Assembly: GCA_937923465.1 (NCBI GenBank) | Contig: CALDUB010000201.1 | Location: forward strand, 1 to 56,113 | Direction of reading: 5' to 3' | From: an uncultured Saprospiraceae bacterium | GTDB lineage: Bacteria > Bacteroidota > Bacteroidia > Chitinophagales > Saprospiraceae | Length of the DNA: 56,113 bases | Part shown: positions 43,010-52,001 of the stretch, piece by piece | Position numbering within the stretch: the stretch's first letter is position 1 | Layout: each line of letters opens with the position of its first letter | Translations under genes and position numbers: made by a program | The notes under the pieces: generated by a model | The model's input: only the letters and a program-made list of their open reading frames with translations | Database searches by the model: none | What the model was told of the DNA's origin: nothing

Positions 43010-44119
43010 TTAAGCGGCTAATTCTGCAAATGCCTTTGTAAACCGATTAATCGCCTCCTGTATAATTCCTTCTGTCTGCATAAAATTAATACGATAGTGA
43101 AAAGGCATTCCAAAAGTAGCACCGTCAGCGATATTTAAATTATAATTTTCGGCTAAGAAAAGAGGCAATTCTGCACTATGGGTAAATCCTGCAACATCAC
43201 AGAGTTTCTTTAGATTTGGGAAAAGAAAATAAGCACCGTCGGGTAAAAAGACTTCTGAATGGGCATTTTGCTCAAAGAAACTAAACAACTGCTGGCGACG
43301 AGGCATGCCCATTTGCTGCCAAATTAAAGCATAAAGGCGTTCTTTTTGAATAGCGGTCCATGCTATTCTCTGAGTCGCAACAGGAAGTCCGTAGGTTATA
43401 AGTCTTTGGAATTCTGTCAGTTGATTAATGAATTCTTGATTGTGAGAATAGGCGTAAGCTATACGCCAACTCGTCAAGCCGAATGATTTTGAAAAGCCAT
43501 TAACAGTGACTATTTGCTTGGCTATCGAAGGGAAAAAAGAGAGAGAATAGAATGGTTTGTCTGTATCAAAAATTAATAACTCATAAACTTCATCAGAGAG
43601 TATAATCAGCTTAGGAAATTTTCTGATGACCTTTGTTATTGCTGCAAGTTCTTCATGTGTATAGACGCCGCCGCCAGGATTGCCCGGATGTGTGAATATC
43701 AACATTTTTGTCTCTTGAGTTAGGTTTTTTTCTAACTCACTAGCAGTAACTTTATATTGATTTTTAACATCGGTTTGTACGCCTTTGATGCTTACATTTT
43801 TAGCCTTTAGCACATCGTTAAAATAGCTCCATGTAGGTATTGGAAGAAGAACTTCGTCGCCTTCTTTGAGTAGCTTATTAACGATAAGATATATCGCTTG
43901 TGTGGCACCTTGGGTGACTAAAATATTTTCTTCAGTTAGGGTCTGTATGCCGTTTTCAATCTGCAATTTTGCTGAAATCGCTTCCCTAAATCCCTCCAAA
44001 CCTTGAAAAGGAGAAGGAACATGATATTCCGCATCCGTTAATTGGTCAGTCAGAGACAAATTAAGGTGATGAAAATTGGGAATATTGTGATAACCTACTG
44101 CGAGGTTTATGTTTTGCAT
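43010..44119 (-). CDS. PLP-dependent aminotransferase, class I/II
   Basis: The PLP-lysine context is VNGFSKSFGLTSWRIAY. Other matching stretches are THPGNPGG and LSDEVYE. Confidence 0.88.
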   Translation of the reverse strand: MQNINLAVGYHNIPNFHHLNLSLTDQLTDAEYHVPSPFQGLEGFREAISAKLQIENGIQTLTEENILVTQGATQAIYLIVNKLLKEGDEVLLPIPTWSYFNDVLKAKNVSIKGVQTDVKNQYKVTASELEKNLTQETKMLIFTHPGNPGGGVYTHEELAAITKVIRKFPKLIILSDEVYELLIFDTDKPFYSLSFFPSIAKQIVTVNGFSKSFGLTSWRIAYAYSHNQEFINQLTEFQRLITYGLPVATQRIAWTAIQKERLYALIWQQMGMPRRQQLFSFFEQNAHSEVFLPDGAYFLFPNLKKLCDVAGFTHSAELPLFLAENYNLNIADGATFGMPFHYRINFMQTEGIIQEAINRFTKAFAELAA

Positions 44120-44320
44120 GAATGAAATTTAATAGCTTTTCTAAGTCCTAGTATAGGAAATGATTTGCTTGGGTTGTCAAACAAAATATACATAGTTTTG
44201 GTTGCAAAAGTAGTGCGAGAAGAGGTGTGTTTTTACGCATAATTGGTTCATTATCAGGCATAAATGAAAAAGAGTAGTTTTAATCTATGTTTTTATATTT
44301 TTAATGAGTGAAGAATGGCT

Positions 44321-44375
44321 TTAAACGTAAAAAGGGTTTCTGGATTAAATATCCAGAAACCCTCTTTACGTTTAA
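44321..44375. terminator. Long hairpin downstream of the thioredoxin-fold gene
   Basis: The arm ttaaacgtaaaaagggtttctggat pairs with atccagaaaccctctttacgtttaa, 24 of 25 positions, with a 5-nt loop. Confidence 0.65.
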
Positions 44376-44478
44376 AAGAAGTTAGGTTTTAGGTAATGTG
44401 TCAAAACGGTGGATACTCACTACCAGGTTTTATAGGTTATAAGCTTTTGTAATTAATAACCAATAACTCAATCATCAT

Positions 44479-45036
44479 CTACTTCTTCCACTTAATATTA
44501 CAACCCGCACTTGGATATTGAACATCAGAAACTTCTCCACCTGCCAAAATCGTATCCAAAGCTTCGCGTAAATCTTTACCCGTTAATGCTTCTCCATTAC
44601 TTGGACGAGAAGTATCAATACGACCACGATAAGCCAATTTACTCTCTGCATCAAAAACATAGAAATCAGGCGTACAAGCAGCATCGTATGCTTTTGCAAT
44701 ATCTTGTGACTCGTCATATAAATAAGGGAAATTAAAGCCTTCTTGCTTTACTAACTTTGTCATTAAATGTGGTGCATCTTGTGGGTAATTAACGACATCA
44801 TTCGAGCTAATGGCAACGAACCCGATACCTTTCGCATTATACTCATCAGAGATACGTTTAATTTCTGCATTCACATGGATGACGTAAGGACAGTGATTGC
44901 AAATAAACATCACGACGGTTCCTCTTTCTCCTTTGACGTCGTTAAACGTTAAATTTTCACCTGAAACTGTGTCTGGTAAATTAAAATCTGGGGCAGCAAT
45001 TCCCAGGTCTAACATATTTGATTCTACTAAAGACAT
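44479..45036 (-). CDS. Thioredoxin-fold protein (AhpC/TSA-redoxin family, CxxC)
   Basis: Matching stretches are APDFNLPD, the redox motif VVMFICNHCPYV and the C-terminal GCNIKWKK. Confidence 0.85.
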   Translation of the reverse strand: MSLVESNMLDLGIAAPDFNLPDTVSGENLTFNDVKGERGTVVMFICNHCPYVIHVNAEIKRISDEYNAKGIGFVAISSNDVVNYPQDAPHLMTKLVKQEGFNFPYLYDESQDIAKAYDAACTPDFYVFDAESKLAYRGRIDTSRPSNGEALTGKDLREALDTILAGGEVSDVQYPSAGCNIKWKK

Positions 45037-45367
45037 AAATCATTTTTTTTGGTTCTTCACTAAAAGAATGTTCTTTTTGCAAAGTTACTTTTATTCTAAA
45101 CATCTTGATGCTTACATGGTTTGATTTTTGCGCATAGAAGAAAGAATTATCTTCCGTGATTATTGCCCTATATGTGACTTCTGAACTAATTATCGTTAAA
45201 AGACATATAGTTTTTATCTCTTTTGCAAACAAGTCTTGTATTCCTTATTTACAAACGAGTCTATTACCCTTCTGTAGAGTCCTCGCGTCAACATTCTGAC
45301 CTAGGTACAATATTTTACTCAACTCCCTCATACTTAATTTCTTTTCCAACGTATAAAAACAATTGCA

Positions 45368-47035
45368 ATGCATAAACTATTTTCACTTTTTACCATACTG
45401 CTAATTGTCTCTGGATTGTCTGCACAAGTATCTATGAATATGACCTTGTTAGATAATTGGGATGACCCTTCTTTACCTATTCATTCTGGATTAAGATATA
45501 ATGATTGTTGGGGATATACTGCTCCTGATGGTAGAGAATATGGTATTATAGGCTCTGCCGGGAAAATACACTTCATTGATATTACCGACCCGACAGATAT
45601 TGTAGAGGTAGCAAGTTTTGGTAATTTGAATGCAAATGGCGACAATACACTTTCTCTTTGGCGAGACTTTAAGACTTATGGTAATTATGCTTATGCTGTT
45701 GCGGACCAAGGTACTACAAATGAGGGACTGATAGTTTTTGACCTGAGTGGATTACCCGCTACTGTCTCAAAAGTACATCAATCGACGACAAGTTTTAATA
45801 GAGCGCACAATGTATTTATAGATGAGGCAAAAGCTAAAATGTATATCCCTGGTTCGAATACACATAATGGAGGCATCATTGTTTTTGACCTGACAAATCC
45901 TGCCGTACCTGTAGAGATTGGTTCTCCAAATATGAATGGTGGTTACTCACATGATATATATGTGCGTAATGATACGGCTTATTGTTTTCACGGAGTTTCT
46001 GACATGTATGTTTATGATTTTGCAGACCCTACTGCCCCTGTGGAGCTGGGGTCTTTGACAGTTTACAACAATAGTGGATACAATCATAGTGGTTGGTTGA
46101 CGGAAGACAGTAAGAACCTTATTTTTTGTGATGAGAGCACAGGTAGGAAAGTTAAAGTAGCCAACTTGCAAGATTTAAGCGAAATCAGTGCGCCAGACTC
46201 TTCTTACTTTTTCGCCAATCTAGATAATCAAAGCTCACTTGCTAATATCGCTCACAATCCTTTTGTTAAAGGCGATTACGTTTACGTAGCATACTACCGA
46301 GAAGGCGTGCAAGTGTGGAATATTAGTGACCCGACAAAGCCAGTTTTAGAAGGTTACTACGATACAAATACAAACACAAATGCGGGTGTCTTTGACGGTG
46401 TATGGGGTGTTTTTCCTTATTTTAATTCAGGTTCAGTTATTGGTTCTGATACCGATACGGGTTTATATGTTTTTAGTGTGAATAGTATTTTACCAGTAGA
46501 GTTAAAAGAGTTTACGGCAACTAAAAATGGGAAGCAAACGGAATTAAATTGGATAACTGCTTTTGAAAGAAATAATGAAGAATTTGAAGTGCAGCGCAGC
46601 ACTGACAAAGAGAATTATACAGTTATTACTACAGTAAGAGGACAAGGGAATAGTGAAGGTGATGTGTTTTACAAAGCCTTCGATGATAGTCCTGTAGCAG
46701 GTGTAAACTATTACCGTTTAAAGCAAATAGATACAGACGGAAAGTTTGAATATTCAGATGTTAAATCTGTTGAGTTCTCGCCAGAAATTAGCGTCAATAT
46801 TTATCCTTCTTTAGTCCAAAATGGAGAGCAAATTACTTTTGAAATCAAAGGTATTTCCAATACTGATTTTACTTTTAGTGTGACAGATATTGCAGGAAAG
46901 TTAATTGAGAAAGGAACAGTTTCTCGCTTTTCTGACAGTTATGTTTTTTCTACAACTGATTTATCTTCAGGCGTTTATATTGTAGACTTGAGTGATAAAA
47001 CACAGACCTTTAGTCAGAAGGTGGTGGTAGAGTAG
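45368..47035 (+). CDS. Choice-of-anchor-B / LVIVD-repeat beta-propeller protein with an FN3-like pre-CTD module and a T9SS sorting domain
   Basis: Signal peptide is MHKLFSLFTILLIVSGLSAQ. Family stretches are YNDCWGYTAPDGREYGIIGS and WRDFKTYGNYAYAV. LVIVD-like repeats are GLIVFDLS, GIIVFDLT and GVQVWNISDP. The CTD reads IYPSLVQNGEQITFEI...GVYIVDLSDKTQTFSQKVVVE. Confidence 0.8.
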   Translation: MHKLFSLFTILLIVSGLSAQVSMNMTLLDNWDDPSLPIHSGLRYNDCWGYTAPDGREYGIIGSAGKIHFIDITDPTDIVEVASFGNLNANGDNTLSLWRDFKTYGNYAYAVADQGTTNEGLIVFDLSGLPATVSKVHQSTTSFNRAHNVFIDEAKAKMYIPGSNTHNGGIIVFDLTNPAVPVEIGSPNMNGGYSHDIYVRNDTAYCFHGVSDMYVYDFADPTAPVELGSLTVYNNSGYNHSGWLTEDSKNLIFCDESTGRKVKVANLQDLSEISAPDSSYFFANLDNQSSLANIAHNPFVKGDYVYVAYYREGVQVWNISDPTKPVLEGYYDTNTNTNAGVFDGVWGVFPYFNSGSVIGSDTDTGLYVFSVNSILPVELKEFTATKNGKQTELNWITAFERNNEEFEVQRSTDKENYTVITTVRGQGNSEGDVFYKAFDDSPVAGVNYYRLKQIDTDGKFEYSDVKSVEFSPEISVNIYPSLVQNGEQITFEIKGISNTDFTFSVTDIAGKLIEKGTVSRFSDSYVFSTTDLSSGVYIVDLSDKTQTFSQKVVVE

Positions 47036-47040
47036 GGTTT

Positions 47041-47098
47041 TACCGCAGAGGCACAGAGACGCTGAGTTTTCTCTCTGCGTCTTCGTGTCTCCGCGGTA
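47041..47098. terminator. Imperfect 22-bp hairpin between convergent genes (ccgcagaggcacagag-type Bacteroidota repeat)
   Basis: The arm taccgcagaggcacagagacgc pairs with gcgtcttcgtgtctccgcggta with two mismatches and two G-U pairs. It is flanked by ttt and aaaa. Confidence 0.6.
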
Positions 47099-47110
47099 AA
47101 AATATTCTTC

Positions 47111-47977
47111 TTAAAATCGCTTCAAGTCCTCCACTCTAAATCCCCATTCAGGTGTCCCCACATCTCCTTCCGATAAATTACTATACCAAGGGCTTCCGTC
47201 CGCATTTGACATGTTTTTTAGCACATGAATTTCTTGTGCTGGCATGTAACTTTGTGCCAACAAAAAACGACGTTCGCTCGTCTCCTTATTCTCTACCACA
47301 TCCACGACAACGACCGCATGACCAGGACTGCCACCTTGGATAAAAACGTCTCCAACTTGAATGTTTTCCATAGAAACTGGGTTTAATTCTTTCGCCAAAG
47401 AAAGCGTTCCTGCATAAGAGAAAATGATATTCATATACTTGCGAAAAGATTTGTAATCATTGCTAGCCTCCGCAGACTTTACCCACGAAACCTTATTCCC
47501 AGATACTTTTACCCGATAGCCTTTCCGCCATTTATCGTAGTCAATCCTATCGCCACTCACAAAATTAAAGTGAATATTTTCATAATCCTGCTGTGCGTAC
47601 AAATGTTCTGCACGCAAACGCATAATGGCATCTGCACACTGCTGCAAGTCTCGTTTTCCGACGTCTATGTTAATAACTGCCTCGTAAACATCATTGTACT
47701 TTTCTTGACCGTTGTAATAATGTACTTTTGCGCCATGTGGATGTAATGGTAGATTTTGTAAGTAGGCTTCATAAGAATTTTCTGGTGAAGTGCTACGTGT
47801 AAAACCTGTAGGCGGCAAGAAACGCGTTTGTATCGTCTGACCTATTGGGTCAATAAATGTGTCTTCTGGAATGGGACTCGGTACAGCAATCGTCACAGCA
47901 GGAGAGGAGGATTGACTTTCTCCCGTCTGACAAGAGCCGAATAGTAGAAGAAGGAATAAAAAAGAATAGATTTTCAT
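47111..47977 (-). CDS. Lipoprotein of unknown function, possibly DUF4846-like
   Basis: The lipobox is LLLLLFGSC. A conserved-looking stretch is DLQQCADAIMRLRAEHLY...GDVFIQGGSPGHAVVVVD. The family name is from memory only. Confidence 0.65.
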   Translation of the reverse strand: MKIYSFLFLLLLFGSCQTGESQSSSPAVTIAVPSPIPEDTFIDPIGQTIQTRFLPPTGFTRSTSPENSYEAYLQNLPLHPHGAKVHYYNGQEKYNDVYEAVINIDVGKRDLQQCADAIMRLRAEHLYAQQDYENIHFNFVSGDRIDYDKWRKGYRVKVSGNKVSWVKSAEASNDYKSFRKYMNIIFSYAGTLSLAKELNPVSMENIQVGDVFIQGGSPGHAVVVVDVVENKETSERRFLLAQSYMPAQEIHVLKNMSNADGSPWYSNLSEGDVGTPEWGFRVEDLKRF

Positions 47978-48134
47978 TTGATTTTTTTGGTTCTTTCACA
48001 ATTACCGCTTGTCGCATCGCGCGCAGGTGACAAAGAACGATTTTTTAATAAAAATGCCAGATTAAGATTCTCGCATTCAAAATTCATCATTCAAAATTCA
48101 AAATTTAACAAAATATATAAACGGTACTACAGCC

Positions 48135-49412
48135 TTGCAATATTTCAATTTGCTGCGCTTTGGAACGACCATTTTGCTGATGATTATTTTGGCAAAATTC
48201 CTCCCGCAAGAGGACATCGCCGTTTATGAGATGTTCTGGTTTACGGCGAGTATGCTTAGCTTTTTTTGGGTAGCAAGTAGCATCAATGCTGCATTGACTT
48301 ATCTGCCAAAATTAAATGAACAAGAAAGTAAAAAAGCCTTGTTCAATATCTTTCTGTTTTTTACCGTTGTGAGTATCGTGATGTCGGGCATTCTTTATTT
48401 GTCTGCGGGCTGGTTTACTCAAACGTTTGGGATGGAGGAAGAATTGCCTTACATCCCCTTGTTGTGTCTTTTTTTAGTCTTTCAATCGCCGTCTTGGTTG
48501 GTACAGATTTTTTATCTCCTTTTGAAGAAATACAAAGAGATATTCGTCTATGGAACGATAGCTTTTAGCTTGCAATTAGTTGCAGTTCTCGTTCCTCTTT
48601 TAATGGGCTGGGGCTTAGAAGAAATCTTTGTTGGGCTGATTCTTATGTCTGCTGTGAAGTTTGTTTGGTTACTCGTTTTGATATTCAGGCATACGACCTT
48701 TTCTATTGATTTTCAGATGCTTGCGCCGTTTTATGCTTTGGCGCTACCTTTGGTTTTAAAAGCATTTTTAAATAGAGGTTATGAGTCAATAGACGGCTTG
48801 ATTGTTAATTCATATTTTCAAGATGAAAGTGCCTTTGCAGTCTTTCGATATGGTGCAAGGGAGATGCCTTATGTTGCACTTTTTATTGGTGCAATAGTGA
48901 CAGCTTTGTTACCTAAAATGGCAAGTAATCTGGAGGTAGGAATGGAGAACTTAAAGAAGCAAACTTTTAATTTATCTAAATGGATGTTTCCGCTTTCTGC
49001 GATATTTATGTTGGTGAGCCCTTGGATTTTTGAATGGGCATTTAGTCCAGAGTTTCGAGACTCTGCTTACGTTTTTAATGTCTATTTATTGATGTTGTCC
49101 AGCCGAATATTGTTACCACAAACGGTCGTTATGGCAAAAGAGAAAAGCTACTTTTTACTCTTTTCTGCTGCCATTGAAATTATAGTAAACGTATCGCTGA
49201 GTTTGATTTTTGTCCATGTTTTTGGATTATTGGGAATTGCTTTTGCTTCAGTCATTGCATTTTATGTCAATAAAATAAATCAGATGGTTTATCTGAAAAC
49301 GAAACACGGTATTTCGCCGCATAAATATATCTCAGTGCGTCCGCATTTTGCATTTAGTGCTTTGTTGTATGGGAGTTTTGTGCTTTCTTTGTTTTTGCAT
49401 GGGCAAGTTTAG
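48135..49412 (+). CDS. Polysaccharide/oligosaccharide flippase-like membrane protein (MOP/Wzx superfamily)
   Basis: It uses a TTG start and is hydrophobic and multi-helix throughout. The N-terminal stretch LLMIILAKFLPQEDIAVYEMF resembles Wzx TM1 and the following loop. Confidence 0.7.
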   Translation: MQYFNLLRFGTTILLMIILAKFLPQEDIAVYEMFWFTASMLSFFWVASSINAALTYLPKLNEQESKKALFNIFLFFTVVSIVMSGILYLSAGWFTQTFGMEEELPYIPLLCLFLVFQSPSWLVQIFYLLLKKYKEIFVYGTIAFSLQLVAVLVPLLMGWGLEEIFVGLILMSAVKFVWLLVLIFRHTTFSIDFQMLAPFYALALPLVLKAFLNRGYESIDGLIVNSYFQDESAFAVFRYGAREMPYVALFIGAIVTALLPKMASNLEVGMENLKKQTFNLSKWMFPLSAIFMLVSPWIFEWAFSPEFRDSAYVFNVYLLMLSSRILLPQTVVMAKEKSYFLLFSAAIEIIVNVSLSLIFVHVFGLLGIAFASVIAFYVNKINQMVYLKTKHGISPHKYISVRPHFAFSALLYGSFVLSLFLHGQV

Positions 49413-49639
49413 AAAGGTTGTAAAGTTGCTGAAAGCAAAAACATTTCCCTTCAAATCAAATCTAATCCAGAAAAAATACGTTATTGTAAAATAATACTTG
49501 ACAAAATTTTAGCAAAACGTGTGATTCGCAAAACGTGACTCGGATTTTGACTCAATACCAATAACTATCGGGACTGGGTCAAAACAAAGTCACACGACAA
49601 GTCATATTCGTACTTCGTAAATCGTAAATCATATCTCAT

Positions 49640-50572
49640 ATGTCTCAATACTTAGATAATATAGATGTCCGCAACCTTGGAAATTTAGACCTTTTGGCGA
49701 AACAAGTCGTCGAGGGTTTTATCATTGGTTTGCACAAAAGTCCGTTTCACGGATTTAGTGTAGAGTTTGCCGAGCATCGTATTTATAATCCAGGTGAGCC
49801 AACCAAAAATATTGATTGGAAGGTATTCGCGCGGACGGATAAGATGTATACGAAGCGATATGAAGAGGAGACGAATTTGCGTTGTCAAATCGTGATAGAT
49901 TCGTCAAGTTCAATGTACTTTCCTGAAGTGTCGAAAGAGACAGATACTTACATGAATAAGTTGCGTTTTTCTTCTTTGGCAGCGGCGGCATTAATGAATT
50001 TATTGAAGAAGCAACGCGATGCATTCGGTTTGTCTATCTTCGATGAAGCGGTGAATACGCATACCCGTGCGCGCGTGAGTACAAAGCATTACCAATTACT
50101 ATTGGGGCATTTGGATAATTTGATTCATAATCCAGTACGTGATAGGAAAACCTCTGCAGCAGAGGCTTTGCACCAAATTGCAGATAGTATTCATAAGCGT
50201 TCGATGGTGATTATCTTTAGCGATATGCTGGAACAATCAGAAGAGAGTGAAAAGCTTTTCGCGGCATTACAACACCTCAAGCATGCCAAGCATGAAGTTG
50301 TGCTTTTTCATGTAGTTGATAAGTCAAAGGAGATGGATTTTGAATTTCAAAATCGCCCATATCTATTCGTTGATATGGAAACAGGAGAGCAAGTTCGTTT
50401 ACAGTCTAATCAAGTAAAAGAACAGTATGTAACGCAGATGAAAGCGTTTAAAGAAGAGTTGAAAATGAAATGCTTGCAGTATAGGATTGACTTTGTAGAG
50501 GCGGATATTAATGCTGGTTTTAAGCCAATTTTGCAGCAGTATTTGGTGAAACGGTCTAAGATGCGCGGATGA
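49640..50572 (+). CDS. DUF58-domain protein (vWA-like, usually associated with MoxR/Bat)
   Basis: Matching stretches are FHGFSVEFAEHRIYNPGEPTKNIDWKVFARTDKMYTKRYEEETN and VIDSSSSM. Confidence 0.88.
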   Translation: MSQYLDNIDVRNLGNLDLLAKQVVEGFIIGLHKSPFHGFSVEFAEHRIYNPGEPTKNIDWKVFARTDKMYTKRYEEETNLRCQIVIDSSSSMYFPEVSKETDTYMNKLRFSSLAAAALMNLLKKQRDAFGLSIFDEAVNTHTRARVSTKHYQLLLGHLDNLIHNPVRDRKTSAAEALHQIADSIHKRSMVIIFSDMLEQSEESEKLFAALQHLKHAKHEVVLFHVVDKSKEMDFEFQNRPYLFVDMETGEQVRLQSNQVKEQYVTQMKAFKEELKMKCLQYRIDFVEADINAGFKPILQQYLVKRSKMRG

Positions 50573-50575
50573 TTT

Positions 50576-50772
50576 GAAGTACGATTTACGAATTACGAAG
50601 TACGACTGCTCTTACCTTTTATATGACTTGGTTTTCTAAGTCAGAACTGCCGTACTTCGTAAAGTATACTTCGTAAATCATATCTCGTAAATTATTCAAC
50701 TATTCCTACTCCCATACAATTTAAACATCCAAGTTAGAACGGTCGTACTTCGTAAATCGTACCTCGTACTTC
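50576..50772. mobile_element. MITE-like element of about 197 bp, copy A, with terminal inverted repeats of tacgaag/cgtaaat words
   Basis: The left end is gaagtacgatttacgaattacgaagtacgac. The reverse complement of the right end is gaagtacgaggtacgatttacgaagtacgac. It fills the whole gap between the DUF58 stop and the stop of the minus-strand gene. Confidence 0.7.
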
Positions 50773-51374
50773 TATTGATTTTCCTCCACAAAAAGCGCCC
50801 AGTCACTCACTTCCTTCTTTCCACGTTTCGCAAATTCTCGCGAAAGCGAACTCGGTACACCAAATCTATTTTCTAATTCATTATAAAAATCATCGCCGTC
50901 CTCGGGTTGTTCTTCCTGAAAAATACCTTGCATAGTTTTGTAAGTACTTCCTGCTGCTTTTAAAACTGAAAACCAGTTTTGTGCAGAGCTAATTTCGTCG
51001 CTAAAACCAAAGTTCTCCCTTATATTTTTGTAGTAATTGCGCTCATCTTTCGTTAAGCCGATACGTTGCATTCCGCCTTCTGTGCGAACATCATTTTTAC
51101 CTTTGTTATTTGCGAAAAGCCTTGCTAATTCACGTACTGTTGACTCAGTTTCCTTATCAATCTGAGTCGCTTCTTTTGGTTTTTCTGGACGTTTTAAGTT
51201 GTCGTGAGAACTCCCATCCGTCCATTCTACATCGGTAACAGATTTATTAACCATAAAACAGCCATACTTTCCGACGATGAAATAAGCCATAATTAAAATG
51301 GAAAGGACGCCAAGAACGACTTCGTATTTCTTGATGATTTTTTTCTTTTCTTTAGCTGGTGGTACTTCTGACAT
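50772..51374 (-). CDS. Hypothetical single-pass membrane protein
   Basis: ORF track 50772..51464; preferred start is ATG 51374 (MSEVPPAKEKKKIIKKYEVVLGVLSILIMAYFIVG, which is Lys-rich then a TM helix). I recognise no family motif. Confidence 0.6.
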   Translation of the reverse strand: MSEVPPAKEKKKIIKKYEVVLGVLSILIMAYFIVGKYGCFMVNKSVTDVEWTDGSSHDNLKRPEKPKEATQIDKETESTVRELARLFANNKGKNDVRTEGGMQRIGLTKDERNYYKNIRENFGFSDEISSAQNWFSVLKAAGSTYKTMQGIFQEEQPEDGDDFYNELENRFGVPSSLSREFAKRGKKEVSDWALFVEENQ

Positions 51375-51448
51375 TAAGTTGATTTTTAATATTTTAAAAC
51401 ATCGAAACAAAAAATTCGTTACATTTGCTAGCAGGGGACTTAAAAATA

Positions 51449-51796
51449 ATGAATACGAACACATATATGGATACTATAAAAAACCTTACTAAAAGTTACT
51501 ACAGTATTAGTGAAGTCGCGTCAATGTTTGACGTGAAAAGCTCGTTAATTCGGTATTACGAAACTGAATTTACTTTCTTTAAACCGCACAAACGCAACGG
51601 AGAACGCCGTTTCACGCCCAAAAATATTGAAGATTTTGGAATGATTCACAATTTAGTAAAAGAAAGAGGATTTACTCTTGATGGCGCAGCAAATGAGATT
51701 AAGAATATGCGCGCTCAAAAGAAGCAAAAACATTTAATGTTACGCAAGTTACAGAGTCTTAGGACGAAGTTAATTAAAATGAAAGAGGAGGTGTGA
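51449..51796 (+). CDS. MerR-family transcriptional regulator, short with no obvious effector domain
   Basis: ORF track 51425..51796; preferred start is ATG 51449. The HTH stretch is YYSISEVASMFDVKSSLIRYYETEF...GERRFTPKNIEDFGMIHNLVKERGFTLDGA. Confidence 0.85.
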   Translation: MNTNTYMDTIKNLTKSYYSISEVASMFDVKSSLIRYYETEFTFFKPHKRNGERRFTPKNIEDFGMIHNLVKERGFTLDGAANEIKNMRAQKKQKHLMLRKLQSLRTKLIKMKEEV

Positions 51797-52001
51797 AGTA
51801 CGATTTACGATTTACGAAGTACGACTGCTCTTACTTTTATATGGCTTGGTTTTTCAAGTCAGAACTGTCATACTTCGTAAATTATACCTCATACCTCGTA
51901 AATCATTCAACTATTCCTACTCCCATACAATTTAAACATCCAAGTCAGAGCAGTCGTAAATCGTACTTCGTAAATCGTACTTCGTAAATCGTACCTCGTA
52001 A
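51795..52001. mobile_element. MITE-like element of about 207 bp, copy B, in the same orientation as copy A
   Basis: It begins inside the MerR stop codon (tGAagtacgattt) and ends at the stop of 52002..52997. A 41-nt tract, attcaactattcctactcccatacaatttaaacatccaagt, is identical to copy A (51905..51945 versus 50694..50734). Confidence 0.7.

Noticed and set aside
47978-48229. 83-aa plus-strand ORF upstream of and overlapping the flippase
   Set aside because: It starts in the divergent promoter region, contains the attcaaa word tract and overlaps the better-supported flippase frame.
50576-52001. Repeated words considered as a CRISPR array
   Set aside because: The repeats are 6-10-nt stutters and inverted arms, not direct repeats of 28-37 nt with unique spacers. 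There are no cas genes in the window.
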